A DNA stretch of 61,965 nt, counting the filler. It is 16 parts of 16 records of this genome, joined end to end, with 100 filler letters (N's around TTAATTAATTAA, not from the genome) between each part and the next. Parts side by side here need not be neighbours in the genome. Positions count along the whole stretch, not along the records: positions 24,884 to 28,068 come from SRR15195285_18097; positions 28,169 to 34,036 come from SRR15195285_18168; positions 34,137 to 38,087 come from SRR15195285_18198; 13 more parts are not named here. One strand, 5' to 3'. Made by a program: the position numbers and the translations under genes. Positions 25,202 through 37,100 of this stretch are shown piece by piece (the first letter of the stretch is position 1; every line of letters begins with the position of its first letter). Below the pieces are notes generated by a model. That model did no database searches. It saw only the letters and a program-made list of their open reading frames with translations, and was not told the origin of the DNA.

Positions 25202-26755
25202 ATGGGCTGCGGGGCGTCTACGGCGACGAGCAGCGTGCCTGCGGCAGCGACGACGACGGTTGATCGACCCGCCGCACCGCCGCAGCTCCCGCGAGGTTGT
25301 GGCATCAGTGATTGGCAGCAGCGACACCCGACGTGCGTGGGCCGCGTCCAGAGCGCCCTGGCTTCGATCGCACAGGCGAATGGTGATCTGCATGCCTGTA
25401 TCGAGGTCTTGGAGAAGGACGCGCTGCGCATGGCTGAGGCGGCCGACGCAAAGCTGGCATCTGGTGCAGCGCCGCGGGCTTTGGAGGGGGTGCCGCTGCT
25501 GGTCAAGTGCAACATCGACCTGGCGGGCAGCCTGTCCACTGCTGGTACCACAGGGCTCGCGGATTGGCGGCCATCAAGCGACGCGGCGATTGTGGCCAAG
25601 CTGCTTGAGCAAGGCGCGATCTGCGTGGCCAAAACAAACATGCCCGAGCTTGCCCTCGGCTGGTGGGGTTACAACAAGTTGCACGGAACATGTCGCAACC
25701 CGCTGGACCCTGGTGCAACGAGCGGCGGGAGCTCCGCCGGGACAGCGTCCGGCATCGCAGCCAGCATGGCGCCGATTGGTTTGGGATCCGATACGATGGG
25801 CTCGCTGCGCACTCCATCAGAGTGCTGCGGGATCAGCGGATTCCGCCCTTCGCATGGCCGCTACCCAACAGTTGGTGTGGTTCCATTGTCTACAACAGAG
25901 GACACGCCGGGACCCATGGGGAAAACAGTGGCTGACGTGGCTGTACTAGACGCACTCATCGTGGGAGAGCCGCTCACCAGTGTGACGCCTGCGAAATTGC
26001 ACGGGCTCACCTTCTGCGTGCCCTCGGACTGGATCGAAGAGCTCGATCCCGGTTGTCGCGCTGCCTTGGACGCCGCTATGGAGGCAGTGACTGCAGGCGG
26101 GGCGACCGTGCGGACGGACCTCGCCTTCAAGCCGGTCACCGAGTACTCGACCAACGCCAAGGTTAACTTCAGCGAGATCGAGATGCAAAAGTACATCGAC
26201 TCGCACCCGGCGCTCACAACTACTGTAGATGAGCTGCTCGATCAGTGTGAAAACCCTATGCTCCGCCCAAGCTACAAGGAAGGCGGGAAAGGCTGGGAGA
26301 AGGTAAACATGGCGACGAAGACCGCCGAAGAGGCGGAAAATCTGCGGGCTAGCTGGGACCGGGAGCGCGACGCGATCGAGGCGGCCTACGCCGAGTTCTT
26401 CAGCAGCAATGGCGTGGACGCATTGCTCACGCCCGTCCACCCCATCGCCCCCGTGCGCATCGAGGGTGCTTGGGAGGAGGACGCATCGTACAACGACAAA
26501 GGAGGCTTTGCTCCTATCTTCCACTGGATGCCGATGGCGAAGTACGTCAAGAAGTTTAACGAAATCCGCGCCCCGTCCGTGGTGGTCCCGACGCCTGCAC
26601 GCCACCCACTCGTCTCCTCGAGCGGCCATGCCGAGGGGCTGCCTGCTGGCGTGCTAGTTTGGGGGCCGCCGAATTCTGATAGCGCTGTACTGCGACTGGG
26701 CATGGCGCTCGAGCAAGAGCTGCTGTTGGGGGCTGAGGACGAGGTCCGACGATAA
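25202..26755 (+). CDS. Amidase-signature family amidase with N-terminal MGCGAS acylation motif
   Basis: 'LEGVPLLVKCNID', 'AKTNMPEL', 'SGGSSAGTA', 'LGSDTMGSLRTP' (Ser-cisSer-Lys triad), 'DTPGPM'; intronless, 517 aa. Confidence 0.95.
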   Translation: MGCGASTATSSVPAAATTTVDRPAAPPQLPRGCGISDWQQRHPTCVGRVQSALASIAQANGDLHACIEVLEKDALRMAEAADAKLASGAAPRALEGVPLLVKCNIDLAGSLSTAGTTGLADWRPSSDAAIVAKLLEQGAICVAKTNMPELALGWWGYNKLHGTCRNPLDPGATSGGSSAGTASGIAASMAPIGLGSDTMGSLRTPSECCGISGFRPSHGRYPTVGVVPLSTTEDTPGPMGKTVADVAVLDALIVGEPLTSVTPAKLHGLTFCVPSDWIEELDPGCRAALDAAMEAVTAGGATVRTDLAFKPVTEYSTNAKVNFSEIEMQKYIDSHPALTTTVDELLDQCENPMLRPSYKEGGKGWEKVNMATKTAEEAENLRASWDRERDAIEAAYAEFFSSNGVDALLTPVHPIAPVRIEGAWEEDASYNDKGGFAPIFHWMPMAKYVKKFNEIRAPSVVVPTPARHPLVSSSGHAEGLPAGVLVWGPPNSDSAVLRLGMALEQELLLGAEDEVRR

Positions 26756-27110
26756 TATGAGGCACGATAAGAGTTGCCATTATCTCTGAATAACCAATCG
26801 TATGTCATCACTCTGAACTCCACTGCGCGGTCGTGAGCATGTAGGAGCATGAGTGCATCCATCCACTCTGCAGTTCAAAAAGTGGCGTTTGAACCACCTA
26901 CACAGTAAAGAATGCCCATGCAAAACATAGTAGCCTAGACATGTACCAGTACTTACCGGTACAATCATGTACTATGCATGCGTCGCGCTGAAACTTGAGC
27001 TATCGGGTGTGCTGACTGAGGGAGCTGACCGTTGCAGCAGCGCAGTCAGTGGCCAGAACGGTCTTAACAAAGAGGTCGCAAGCAAAGCGATCGAGGCTTT
27101 GTTCCGGAAG

Positions 27111-28067
27111 TCACGCTGCTGGGGCATGGCCTCGGTGCAGGCTGAAGCTACGGATGTGTGCCACCTCGTCCGCCGCCAGCGACTTCAGGCATCGAAATCT
27201 GACCTTGCGCGCTGTCGTATCTGGCACGAAATCGATCAATCGGCTGCCGATGGACTGGCCGTGGATCCCACCCGCCAACGGCTGTGGTAGGCTGTGGTTG
27301 CAGATCCCACTGAAGTGGCCTGCTTCTGTACTCGGATCGTAGAACGTGTCGTTGCGAAGATAGCAGCGATTCTTCCAAGGATCCGGATTGGTCAAATCAT
27401 GCCAGGTCCAGAATCGACAGGTCTCGTTGCGATTACAGAGCGTCTCGCACGCGGTTGCACTGGCAGTTTCGCCGGCGAGATGACAGTTTAAGCATGGCCC
27501 ATAATGAGATGCATCGTGGATCAGGTTCGTGCTCGGTTCGATCGGCCCACATGCACCGTTCGCGACCGGTGGCACGGGTTTGGGCGCAAAACACCGATCG
27601 CTCCTACATGGCTCGAAGGTGTGCCATGACCCAGTGTCGTCGTGCCAGTAGTCAATCGTGTACCCACCGACACGCTGGCCCTGCGCGAGATCCTCACGGA
27701 GGATTACTGCATTGAAGGTCACCGCGGTGGGAAGCTGCAACACGAGTGGCGCACCCCCGCACGTGACGGTGCCACTCGCGGTTTTATTCGCCAGTGGCTG
27801 CAATAGTTTGCGCAGATGATCACCGAAAGTTCGCATGTTCGAGACGAGCGCCGCGGGGATCAGGCCGTCTGTGCCAGGTGGTGCATTGACCGTATTGACC
27901 CAGCCGATGCCGACAGATTGCATGTAGTGATCCCAGATTTCCCTTGGCGTGTACGCAGGCCCACAAGCACCCTTGCGGCAGAAGTAACCGCTGCGAAGCA
28001 GTGTACCACAGGTCTCGTACGGGTGAAAGCCAGAGAGTCTGGATCCGGACGGCGCATGATTGCCACA
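27111..28067 (-). CDS. Alpha-L-fucosidase (GH29)-like C-terminal part + F5/8-type C domain with PAN/Apple insert (5' partial)
   Basis: Frame open to the contig end: 'FHPYETCGTLLRSGYF..EIWDHYMQSVGIGWVNTVNAPPGTDGLIP..FG'; 'FNAVILREDLAQGQRV', 'SIGSRLI..TARKVRF'; Apple motif 'ACETLC..ETCRFWTW..RCYLR'. Confidence 0.8.
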   Translation of the reverse strand, partial: CGNHAPSGSRLSGFHPYETCGTLLRSGYFCRKGACGPAYTPREIWDHYMQSVGIGWVNTVNAPPGTDGLIPAALVSNMRTFGDHLRKLLQPLANKTASGTVTCGGAPLVLQLPTAVTFNAVILREDLAQGQRVGGYTIDYWHDDTGSWHTFEPCRSDRCFAPKPVPPVANGACGPIEPSTNLIHDASHYGPCLNCHLAGETASATACETLCNRNETCRFWTWHDLTNPDPWKNRCYLRNDTFYDPSTEAGHFSGICNHSLPQPLAGGIHGQSIGSRLIDFVPDTTARKVRFRCLKSLAADEVAHIRSFSLHRGHAPAA

Positions 28068-28379
28068 ANNNNNNNNNNNNNNNNNNNNNNNNNNNNNNNN
28101 NNNNNNNNNNNNTTAATTAATTAANNNNNNNNNNNNNNNNNNNNNNNNNNNNNNNNNNNNNNNNNNNNCTGCACGCGTGCAGCACGGGGGCACACAGGAT
28201 TCACACTGTATGATGATTTTACACAATAATACATACAGTTTCGTGTGCTGTCAATCTAAATTCAATGAAATGTGTGTACACGAGAATGCTATTGACTGCT
28301 CGTGACGGCACGAAGGGTCCCCCCCAGCCGGGCACCACTGTGGCGTTGCCGTACAGCGGTTTACATCGACCGACGCGGT

Positions 28380-31300
28380 ATGGCCAGCGGGACGGTTCAC
28401 ACCATGAACCCAATGTTGATGGCCGGCGGAGCAGGGAGCGACTCTGAACCTAGCGACGATGAGGAGCATAGCAAGGGCGTCCAACGTGCCTCGGCTCTCG
28501 TGCGCAACAGGAGCGACAGTCAGGACGGCGCATTCACAAGCAGCTTGGCTTCCCGCTCTGCCAACTCCACGGCGATGGCAGCCGCGATCTTTCAACGCCA
28601 CGATACGAATGGGGACTGTGAGCTTGATGCAGACGAGCTGGCCGCAGCCCTTCGCTCCATGGGCGCTGCGGCTGATCAACAAGCGGTGCGCACGATCTTG
28701 GCAGGCAGCGATGCAATCTCGCTTCAGGAGTTCGTAGCGTGGCACAGCCGGCAGCAGTCGACAGGCGGGATGGACGCTGCCGTAAAGAGGCTTGGGCGAA
28801 AGGTCGAACGTGGCTTGCAAACGTTGCAGACGGCGGTGCTCGGCCCGCAGGACACAGCCACTCGGCCTGTGCCACCTGAATCACTATTTGTGCTGGACAC
28901 CCGTTCGAACGAGGCCACGCGGCAGGATGTGAAGGTAGCGCAGCGAATCTACGATCGCTTCGGCAGCGAATTCACCCACCTCGAGGATCACATTCGGCAC
29001 ATGGAACAGTCGAACCATTGGACTGACGTATGGCAGCGCGTGGCAGAGCAAAGCTTTGACGAAGAAGCATGTGCGAAAGAGCTTGGTTGGAGCATGGAGC
29101 TCGTGGCAGTAGCGCGAGAGACCACTATCAAAACTACTGGGCAGACCGGATACGGCACCGCTCTATGCCGTGTTTTCCTCCGTGTAGTTGCACCATCTAT
29201 CTCTGGACGATATCCAGGAAGCAAGCTGACAGCAGAGCATGTGCGAAGCAAAGCCCAGAAGTTTGCACTGTCGCGACGCAACGAGCTCGAGGACTTGCTA
29301 AGCGAGGATCACGTACCCGTAGAAGCTGCAGTTGGCGCCGTCAAAGAAGCAATGGAGCAAGAGCTTTCCTTTCGGCGAAAAAAAATCGAGGCTCTACAAC
29401 GACGACTCGAGGTCGTGCCACGAGATATGCCTGCTGGTGTTCTGGTTTCGGGACTCCGAGGTGCTGCGGCAAGCTGCAACGGTCTGTATGTTGTCTCTGG
29501 ACTCCGGCATTTCTTCGGACGATCCATATGGGCCCAACGTGGTGGCAGCAACGTTCTGTTTTACGATGTTTCGAGCGAAAGCCCACACGTTTCGTCGGGG
29601 GTGAGCGAAGGCGTGTGGGTGCTTGGGCCGACACTAAGTTCTGGCCGATGCACGGCATGGTTGTCAGATCCAGGTGGGCAAGCGTACTCTCCGCCGTTGA
29701 CGTCGACAGCTGCTGATTCTGACTCGGAGTGGATGGTGTACGACACACTGAAGGCCAAGTGGGTGCCCGCACCAGGGACACACAGCCCACAATTTGCTAT
29801 AGAAATGGACGCTGACAGTGAGACGATGCAGCAATATTTGCAGGCAGCTGTAAAAGATCAGGAAACGGTGCTTCGACACGCCCAGGCGAGGCTGACCGCG
29901 CATGGATTTGATGAGACGCTGCGAGCAACCCTAGGTGTCAGAGCTGGACCGAACGGCACAATCGGCAGAGGCGACTACTCAGCTTGGCGCACAGACTTCT
30001 ATAGTGAAGAGCTGCGAAGAATGCAGACCACGCTTGCGAAGCAGATTGTCAGTAGCTTTCCGACGGATTTCTCTAACGATGCAGGCGATAACCGTGCTAA
30101 AGTGATCAAAGTCATCAAGGACTTCACACATTCTGCAGAGGCATCTCTGCAAGAACGAAAACACGCTAAGCTTCGCTTTCTCTCCCAGATAGGTCGACCC
30201 ACCGTAGCCCGGGCATTTTTTGCGTGGAAGCTCGTTGCCCGTCGAAAGATCTCCTCGTCAGAACTTCAGACTGGCACAATGTTTGCTGAGCCGCAGCTGC
30301 CATGGAACATACGCCACCCTCGATCGGATTTCACGTCGTGTTGGGAAGCCGTCCAAGGGTTGCTGTTGGTATACATCGCGTTTGTTGTGCCATGGCGCAT
30401 CAGCTTTGGTGTACTCGCCGACGAGTGGTCTTTCTTGTGGTTCTTCGAGATCGTCATTGACCTGTATTTCACTGCTGATATTCTACTCAACAGTAAGCAG
30501 TGTGCATGCAGTTTACTGAGTGCACACCACTCACTACGTATGCATTGACATATATGTGTGCACGTTTACTGCAGTGCACACGGCTTACTACGATGCAAGT
30601 GGTGACTTGCAGGGGCTTCGGTCAGTTGGGAATGCCGTAGGCAAGCCTGACTACAAAGTTCTCTACTTGAATTATGCTCGAGGATGGATGATTATTGACG
30701 TGGCGTCCGTTCTTCCAGTCAACGCAATTGCGCGCCTATTTGCACAAGGCCAAGTCAATCCCGATACCAGCAGCAAGCTGCAGCTTGTCAAAGGGTTGCG
30801 GCTACTACGACTCACGAAGCTTCTGCGACTGGCGCGGGGACTCAGGATATTTGCGAAGTACGAAGAGACGCTTGGGCCGACCTTGAAGGCAGTCATACTC
30901 ATCGGAACGGTCATGCTGCTTTTTCATCTCTTGAATTGTATCTGGTACAACATTGGCACCGTCTACTGGGCTGCAGGAAACGAAGAGAGCAGCCTGGAAG
31001 GCCGTCGTTCTGGCTGGGTTGACCATAAGTTCGGTCTTTCCGACGCTTTATGTGGCTGTCATAACGCCTCAGCTATTTATTATGACTCTGTCGAGCGCAT
31101 GTGCGTTGACACATCAGATAAGGTGACTGGCCTGATGGACGTTTGCCCCGACACGAAGAATGCTGCTCCTACCCTTACGGGATACTACCTACAAAGTCTG
31201 ATGACGGCACTGCATAATCCCAGCCTCGACAGAAGCTACACGAACACTCTACCTGAGCTGCTAATGTCTGCTGGAATCACTGGGATCATGGGATTCATTT

Positions 31301-33419
31301 GGGGGGCTGTTGCCGGAGCGTGGGGTACAATTTTTTCAGCCAACCAAATGGCGTCGCAGAAGTTCAGGCTGAAACTAGCAGAGATCAAGGAATTCTGCCG
31401 CGTCAAGGGTCTCGATTATGGGGTGACTGTTCCCAAGAATCCACTTGTTCATTGTTGATGTGTCGTTCAGTGTGTGCTTAGGCAGCTTTGTCCAGCAACA
31501 TTTAATTGTTCCTGACCGGACTGGGACAGGTGAAAGCCAAGCTACTTGCACACTACGAGCACCTGTATCCGTGAGTCTTAAGCATACACATTAGTCTTGC
31601 ACAAGCTGTGAGGTTGTGGTAGAGTGAGACGGATTGTTGAGACTCATTTGCCATGCTGCTGGTGCTTTGGTGCGCTGGGTGCAGTGAGCAGGTGATTGTG
31701 GACGACCATCAAGTTCTGGATGATCTCCCACCTGCGATGCGTAGCGAGCTTGTGCGGCGCCTGTATGGCAGTATTGTCACAAGCGTACCCATTTTTGTCG
31801 GGCTCGACTCTGCCATTCTGACTGAGCTTTGCATGTCTCTGAGGGCGGAACCAGCCCTCAGGCGGCAAGTGTTGACCGTGGAGGGGTCCAGAGGAACCGG
31901 ACTTCACTGTATTTCTTCTGGAGCTTGTCGAGTCTCAAGAATTGAGCGTGGCCGGGAGGACGACATCCGCATCAAAATGTGGATCGAAGACGTCTACGAA
32001 GGGAACGGTCGACCGCTGACTCTTTTTGCTTCCAATATGCGGATGTACTTGGAACAGCTGCTGCAAAGGTTGCACTTGATGGCGCGCAACAAGAAAACCA
32101 GTACGGTAGCGCAAGTACTGTGGTATAGAGACGTGTTCGACGACCTGGAGGTGGAAGAGATTGTTGTTGAAAGTGGCGTTAAGCTGACCACGCTACTTTC
32201 TGGTTTGCGAAAGCAGAAAGCTCTCTTTTGGTCTGGGCCTCTGAAGTTTTCAACACCAACATCAGATGGACCGGCTATCGAGTTGGCTGCGAGTCCGAAA
32301 GAGCTGGAGGGCGAGGCTTCGTTAGCCATGCTATGCTCGTCACTTCGCGATGGCGTTGTTCTGGGAGAATTGTTAAACTTCATACTTCCGAAAGAGAAGC
32401 GCCTTGACGTCTCTCGGCCAACTCTGATGGCAGACGTTGGGGCTGCAGTGACAGAGTCTATTGCTCTTACAGAGGACGTCATGCATACGGGGCTGAATGT
32501 AACGACCAACATCGTAGATGCGAGCCAGCAAGCTACTTTTGGAGCTGCTGGAAAGCTGGTCTCAGCTGTGCCTGACTCCGTAGGTCGCAAAGCACTCGCC
32601 AGTGCGGTCGACAAAGTCGAAGGCGTTGCGATAAGCACGACTACCAATATCATGTCGGCAGGAGACAGCATCAAAACAGCCGAAATGATGACGGACGTTG
32701 CCGATACAGTTACTGTCATTCCAAATCTGCAAAAGATCGTCTCTGCGTTGACAGACCCAGATCTACCATTTCGATTGCCCCCTGAGACCTGCCTGCGTGT
32801 AGATGATCTGCGGCTCTACGACAGGGGTGCATTTCACGTCCAGGCGGCGCGACAAAATCGCGTCCTAAAGTGCTTGCTAGATCTAGCATGGCGTGTCAGC
32901 ACGCTCGATGGTTACACTGGCCCTCGATTGGACGCCGTGACATTGGGAATCCTCGGGCCAGGAGAGTTCTTCGGCGAACTTTCGCTGCTGCCGCTAAGCG
33001 GGCAGCCGTGGCGCCACACACGTACACACACAGCCATGTGCAATAGCATCCTGTACTTCCTTTCAAAGGAGTCGGTGCAAGACCTCGCGCGTCGCTTCCC
33101 AGACTTGAAGCAGCTATTGGCTGACCATGTAGAATACTACCAAGATTTGCACAGCCGACTCGGCGATACAGTTGCACCGCTATCCAAAGGGGGCCACGCG
33201 GTGGAGAAAGCACGGGCACGGACTGACTTGGCACACGAGGTTCAGGTGGACCCAGTTGCGCATTTGCAGGAGGCATTGGAACAGCTGGACGCGAAGGTGT
33301 GCGAAAGTGACAGAAAGATGGATGCCAATTGGGACGAACTTAACCGCAAAGTGAATGAAATTGACAACAAGCTAGATGGCTTCATGGAGAAGGTGCTCGG
33401 CATGCTCAGCACGCAATAA
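28380..33419 (+). CDS. Cyclic-nucleotide-binding-domain (CNG/EAG/HCN superfamily) ion channel-like protein with EF-hand and CH-like insertion, multi-exon
   Basis: EF-hand 'FQRHDTNGDCELDADEL'; 'IRHPRSDFTSCWEAVQGLLLVYIAFVVPWRISF'; 'YARGWMIIDVASVLP'; S4 'LRLLRLTKLLRLARGLRI'; C-linker 'VLDDLPPAMRSEL'; CNBD 'LGPGEFFGELSLL'; C-terminal coiled coil. Confidence 0.9.
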
Positions 33420-33908
33420 ACATTAGTTTGTGCACGATCGAAATTTCAAGCTGTGTCATAGTTACATATTTCGCTTAGTAGCCAAGCTTATGTCGGACGA
33501 AGTCCTGGTTGCGCAACAACAACGCAACAAGCTATCTCCGCGTAGAGGTGTAGAGACCCAAACCCGGGTTTCGAAATGAGACGCAGCACTTCTGCGATTT
33601 TCTCTCTACACATGTGCCACATTGTCAGCTGTCGAACAAGACCAGCGCTGATTCTCAGATGGGTTGTTACGCCTATCGCAACCATATCACACTGCTGAGT
33701 AAGTGACAACTCCACTGTATTAGTAGATGGGTATGGGTGTGTGCAAGTTACGACCATGTGTGTTTGCGTACGAGGTCAGCGTCTCCAAGCCAAGCAGCTG
33801 CCGGCCCTCAGTATCACACCTTGCGTCGCTTGCTTGAAGAGTTGGCCTAGGCAGGCTGCACTCGCTGCGGCGTTGGTGTCGGACTGTAAAAATCCTGATC
33901 CATTGAGG

Positions 33909-33990
33909 AATTCCAATCCGGACCGATCTCGGGAGTGGTGGCCGCAAAATTGGCGAATCTCGAGTTATAATTCCGATCCGGGCCGATCTC
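33909..33990 (+). repeat. Imperfect 22-bp direct repeat, 60-bp period, near contig end
   Basis: aattccaatccggaccgatctc (33909-33930) and aattccgatccgggccgatctc (33969-33990). Confidence 0.6.
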
Positions 33991-34136
33991 ACCCAGAGCG
34001 CTCTGGACGATGCGGATGTCGCGGCCTCGAAAAATCNNNNNNNNNNNNNNNNNNNNNNNNNNNNNNNNNNNNNNNNNNNNTTAATTAATTAANNNNNNNN
34101 NNNNNNNNNNNNNNNNNNNNNNNNNNNNNNNNNNNN

Positions 34137-37100
34137 AGAGGAAGAGGAAGAGGAAGAGGAAGAGGACGCGGACGAGAACGACGACGATGACGAACTGTGC
34201 GTTGTGTGTTCCTCAGGTGCGGACTCAGCACGAATGCTGCTTTGCGACGGTTGCGACGATGGCTACCATCTCGACTGTCTCAGTCCGAAGATGGAAAGGA
34301 TCCCGAGCGGTTCGTGGTTTTGCCCTACCTGCAGTGGAGCACGGAAGGACTGTACCGCTTGCAACGGGTCGCAGGGTGCGCACACTTGTGGCACCGTTGG
34401 GCGGAGGGATGATGCGACTGGCGAAGAGAAAAGCGCCGCTGTAAAACGTGTGCGAACGTCTGGCGCAACTGCGGCCTCCGGCAGCAAGAAAAGGAAACCT
34501 GGGTCTTTCGATAGAGTGCCTCAGCCTGTAACGAGAAGACAGGACGATGCTGCACATGCGGCACAGGTCGAGTCCATTGCTGCACTCAACCAGTCGATTG
34601 CAGGTTACACAGACTCGGTGTTATCTGGCGGTGGGAGGAGCAGACGGGCGTCCACGGCAGCCAGCACTAAAGCAACAGACTTTTTGCGAGTGGCACAGGT
34701 TGTGCAAGATCAGAACGTGTCTGGGCACCAGCCAAAGGAAGACGACAAGCCACAGCAGCGTATTGCCATGTGGAGCAAAAGCAAGCGTGTGGTCATCAAA
34801 GGTTGGAAAGCGCCGATGAAGAAGCACCTGGAGAAATTTCTCTGTACGCATTTTATCGCCTCGCCTTGTCATGCATTGAGGCCGTGCAATCCATTTTTGT
34901 CCTGATTTTGTGACAAGAATGCCAAAGAGTTCTTAGCCAAGATGTGCTGGACAGGGAGTCACCCCGAGTGTGAGGTTTACAACGGGCAGGACGGGCGCGA
35001 GGTGGCAGCAGCTTCCGAAGCAGTCACTGTCACCTTGGGTGCCGACAACATCGAGAGTCGGGGTGGAAGTGACAAACTTTCGACATACGAGGACGGTTTT
35101 AGGACTGACCCCACAGGTCAAAAGGGGGTCTGGTGCTCCTACGAAACTCGCCAGTGCCAAGTGTGCCGTTTGGGCAGAGGATGGTGCAAACGGCGTGGTC
35201 TTGCTAGGCACCTCGCTGGCCCGGGTGGAGCCCTACAGGCGGAGGTCGCAGCACTGCCGTTGCCACGAGCACCTATGAGCACAGCTCGAATCCCCGCTGG
35301 TGCTGTTTGTTCTATGTCACAGCGGCCAGCGCAGGTAAACAGCGTTAGCCGTCGTGCTGAAAAGCTAATAGAGCAGGAAAAGATGCTGGCCCGTCGGGGC
35401 TGGACCACGCAACAGGTGCTGCTGCATTGGAGCGCAGACATGGAGTGCCTTCAAACCGTGGACCGGGTGGCGAGGAACCTCACCGGTCGCTGGGCGCGTG
35501 GCTCAAGCGATAGGTGGGAGAAGCGATCGAAGACGCCCACGCCAAAGGAGTCTGCAGCTGCGTTGGAAGAAGCGAGACAAGTTGCGATAAGGGAGGCTGA
35601 ACTGAAGGCGGAGAAGGACAAGCAGGAGAAGCAGAAGCAAGCTGAGGAAGAACTTCGCCGGAGAAAAATGTCGGGAGCGACAAAACCTGCTCCGCCGCAA
35701 TTTCAATACGTGTGCTTGTGGAATACCGAGACACGCAAGCGTTTAACAGGGCAGAACCGTCCGAGGCGCAAAGACCTGAACGCGTTCCTGGACCGGTATC
35801 CAAAGTATGTGCTGTACACTGGACAGGATCAGCAGGGCAGGGAAGCGGTGACTGTTGCGAGCAACCAGACGGAGCACGTAGAGCCAGCTGCTTCCGAGTC
35901 CCCAATGCACACGGCTGAACCACCTCTGCAACGTCACGTCGGCGCTCCGCCTGTTTCGAGTGCCAGATCTTGGACAGAGGAAGAGGAACAAGCCCTTTTT
36001 CAAATGTTCGACAACGCTGGTTCCGAAAATTTCTCAGAAAGTTGGCTTGAGTTTGCCGCCAAGCTGGGCACAGGCCGCAGCAGCAAGGCCATACAAGCAC
36101 GTCACGCCCGCTATCTCAATCGCAAAGTGAAGACAAGCCGGGCATGTAAGCCGCCGCCTGAGGTGAACTCCGACGAGGTTAAGGCAGCAGAAGAAATCCT
36201 AGCAGAAGAGGCTGCTGCGGCGGCAGCGGCTGGGGCTGCGGCTACAGAGGCCAAAGCAGAGGCTAACGCAGTGGAAGAAAAGACAGCAGAGGAAGCTGCA
36301 TCGGCAACAAAGGCTGATCCTGCAGAGGTAAAGGCAGCAGAGGAGACTTCGCTGGCAGTGAAAGCTATAGCTGCGGAAGCAAAGGCAGTAGATCAGGCTG
36401 CAGGTAAAAGGTCAGCCGAAGAAAAATGGACCGCTGCGAAGGTGGAGCAAGAAGTAGCGGTGGCTGCGGCAGAGGAAGAACAACGGAGCAAGCCGAAGGC
36501 AGAGGAAGCGTCAACCGCAGCGACAGCGGCGGCGCTGCAACAACCGGTGGCAGCGCTCGATACGAACGGCGCGGCGTCCGGTGGTGTTGCAGCTGCGTTG
36601 CCAGAGATAGGGTCGGGCGACCTGAAGCAGGAATTTGCGCCTGCCAGAACCGGACCCTGGAGCTCCGCCGATGACACAGCACTGATTGCACTGGTTGGTT
36701 GTTACGGAGAGCCTCGCGGCAGTGAATGGGGTAACATAGCTCGGCGCATCGGTCGTTCTGCGGCCGGGTGTGAAAGTCGGTGGAAGCGATATTTGTGTCC
36801 CAATCCCAATGACCGACCCAACGGTCGGTTTCAAGCCAGGACGGTAGCGCCGAATCCTGCTCAAGCTTCAGCTACTGATGTACAGTGTGCGGCTCAAGAC
36901 GCAGCTCAACTCACTGACATCGAGAGCACTAAATCCACCGAGCCACCTAAACACCAAGGGCTGTCAAACAGTGACACCAATGTGGAGATAGCATCAGAAG
37001 GCCGAACGTGGGTGCAGGACATGGGTGTAGTGGCAGTGGATGACACAACGAACGCATTCGATAATTCAGACAGTCATGTGATGGCCGATACACAGCAGAC

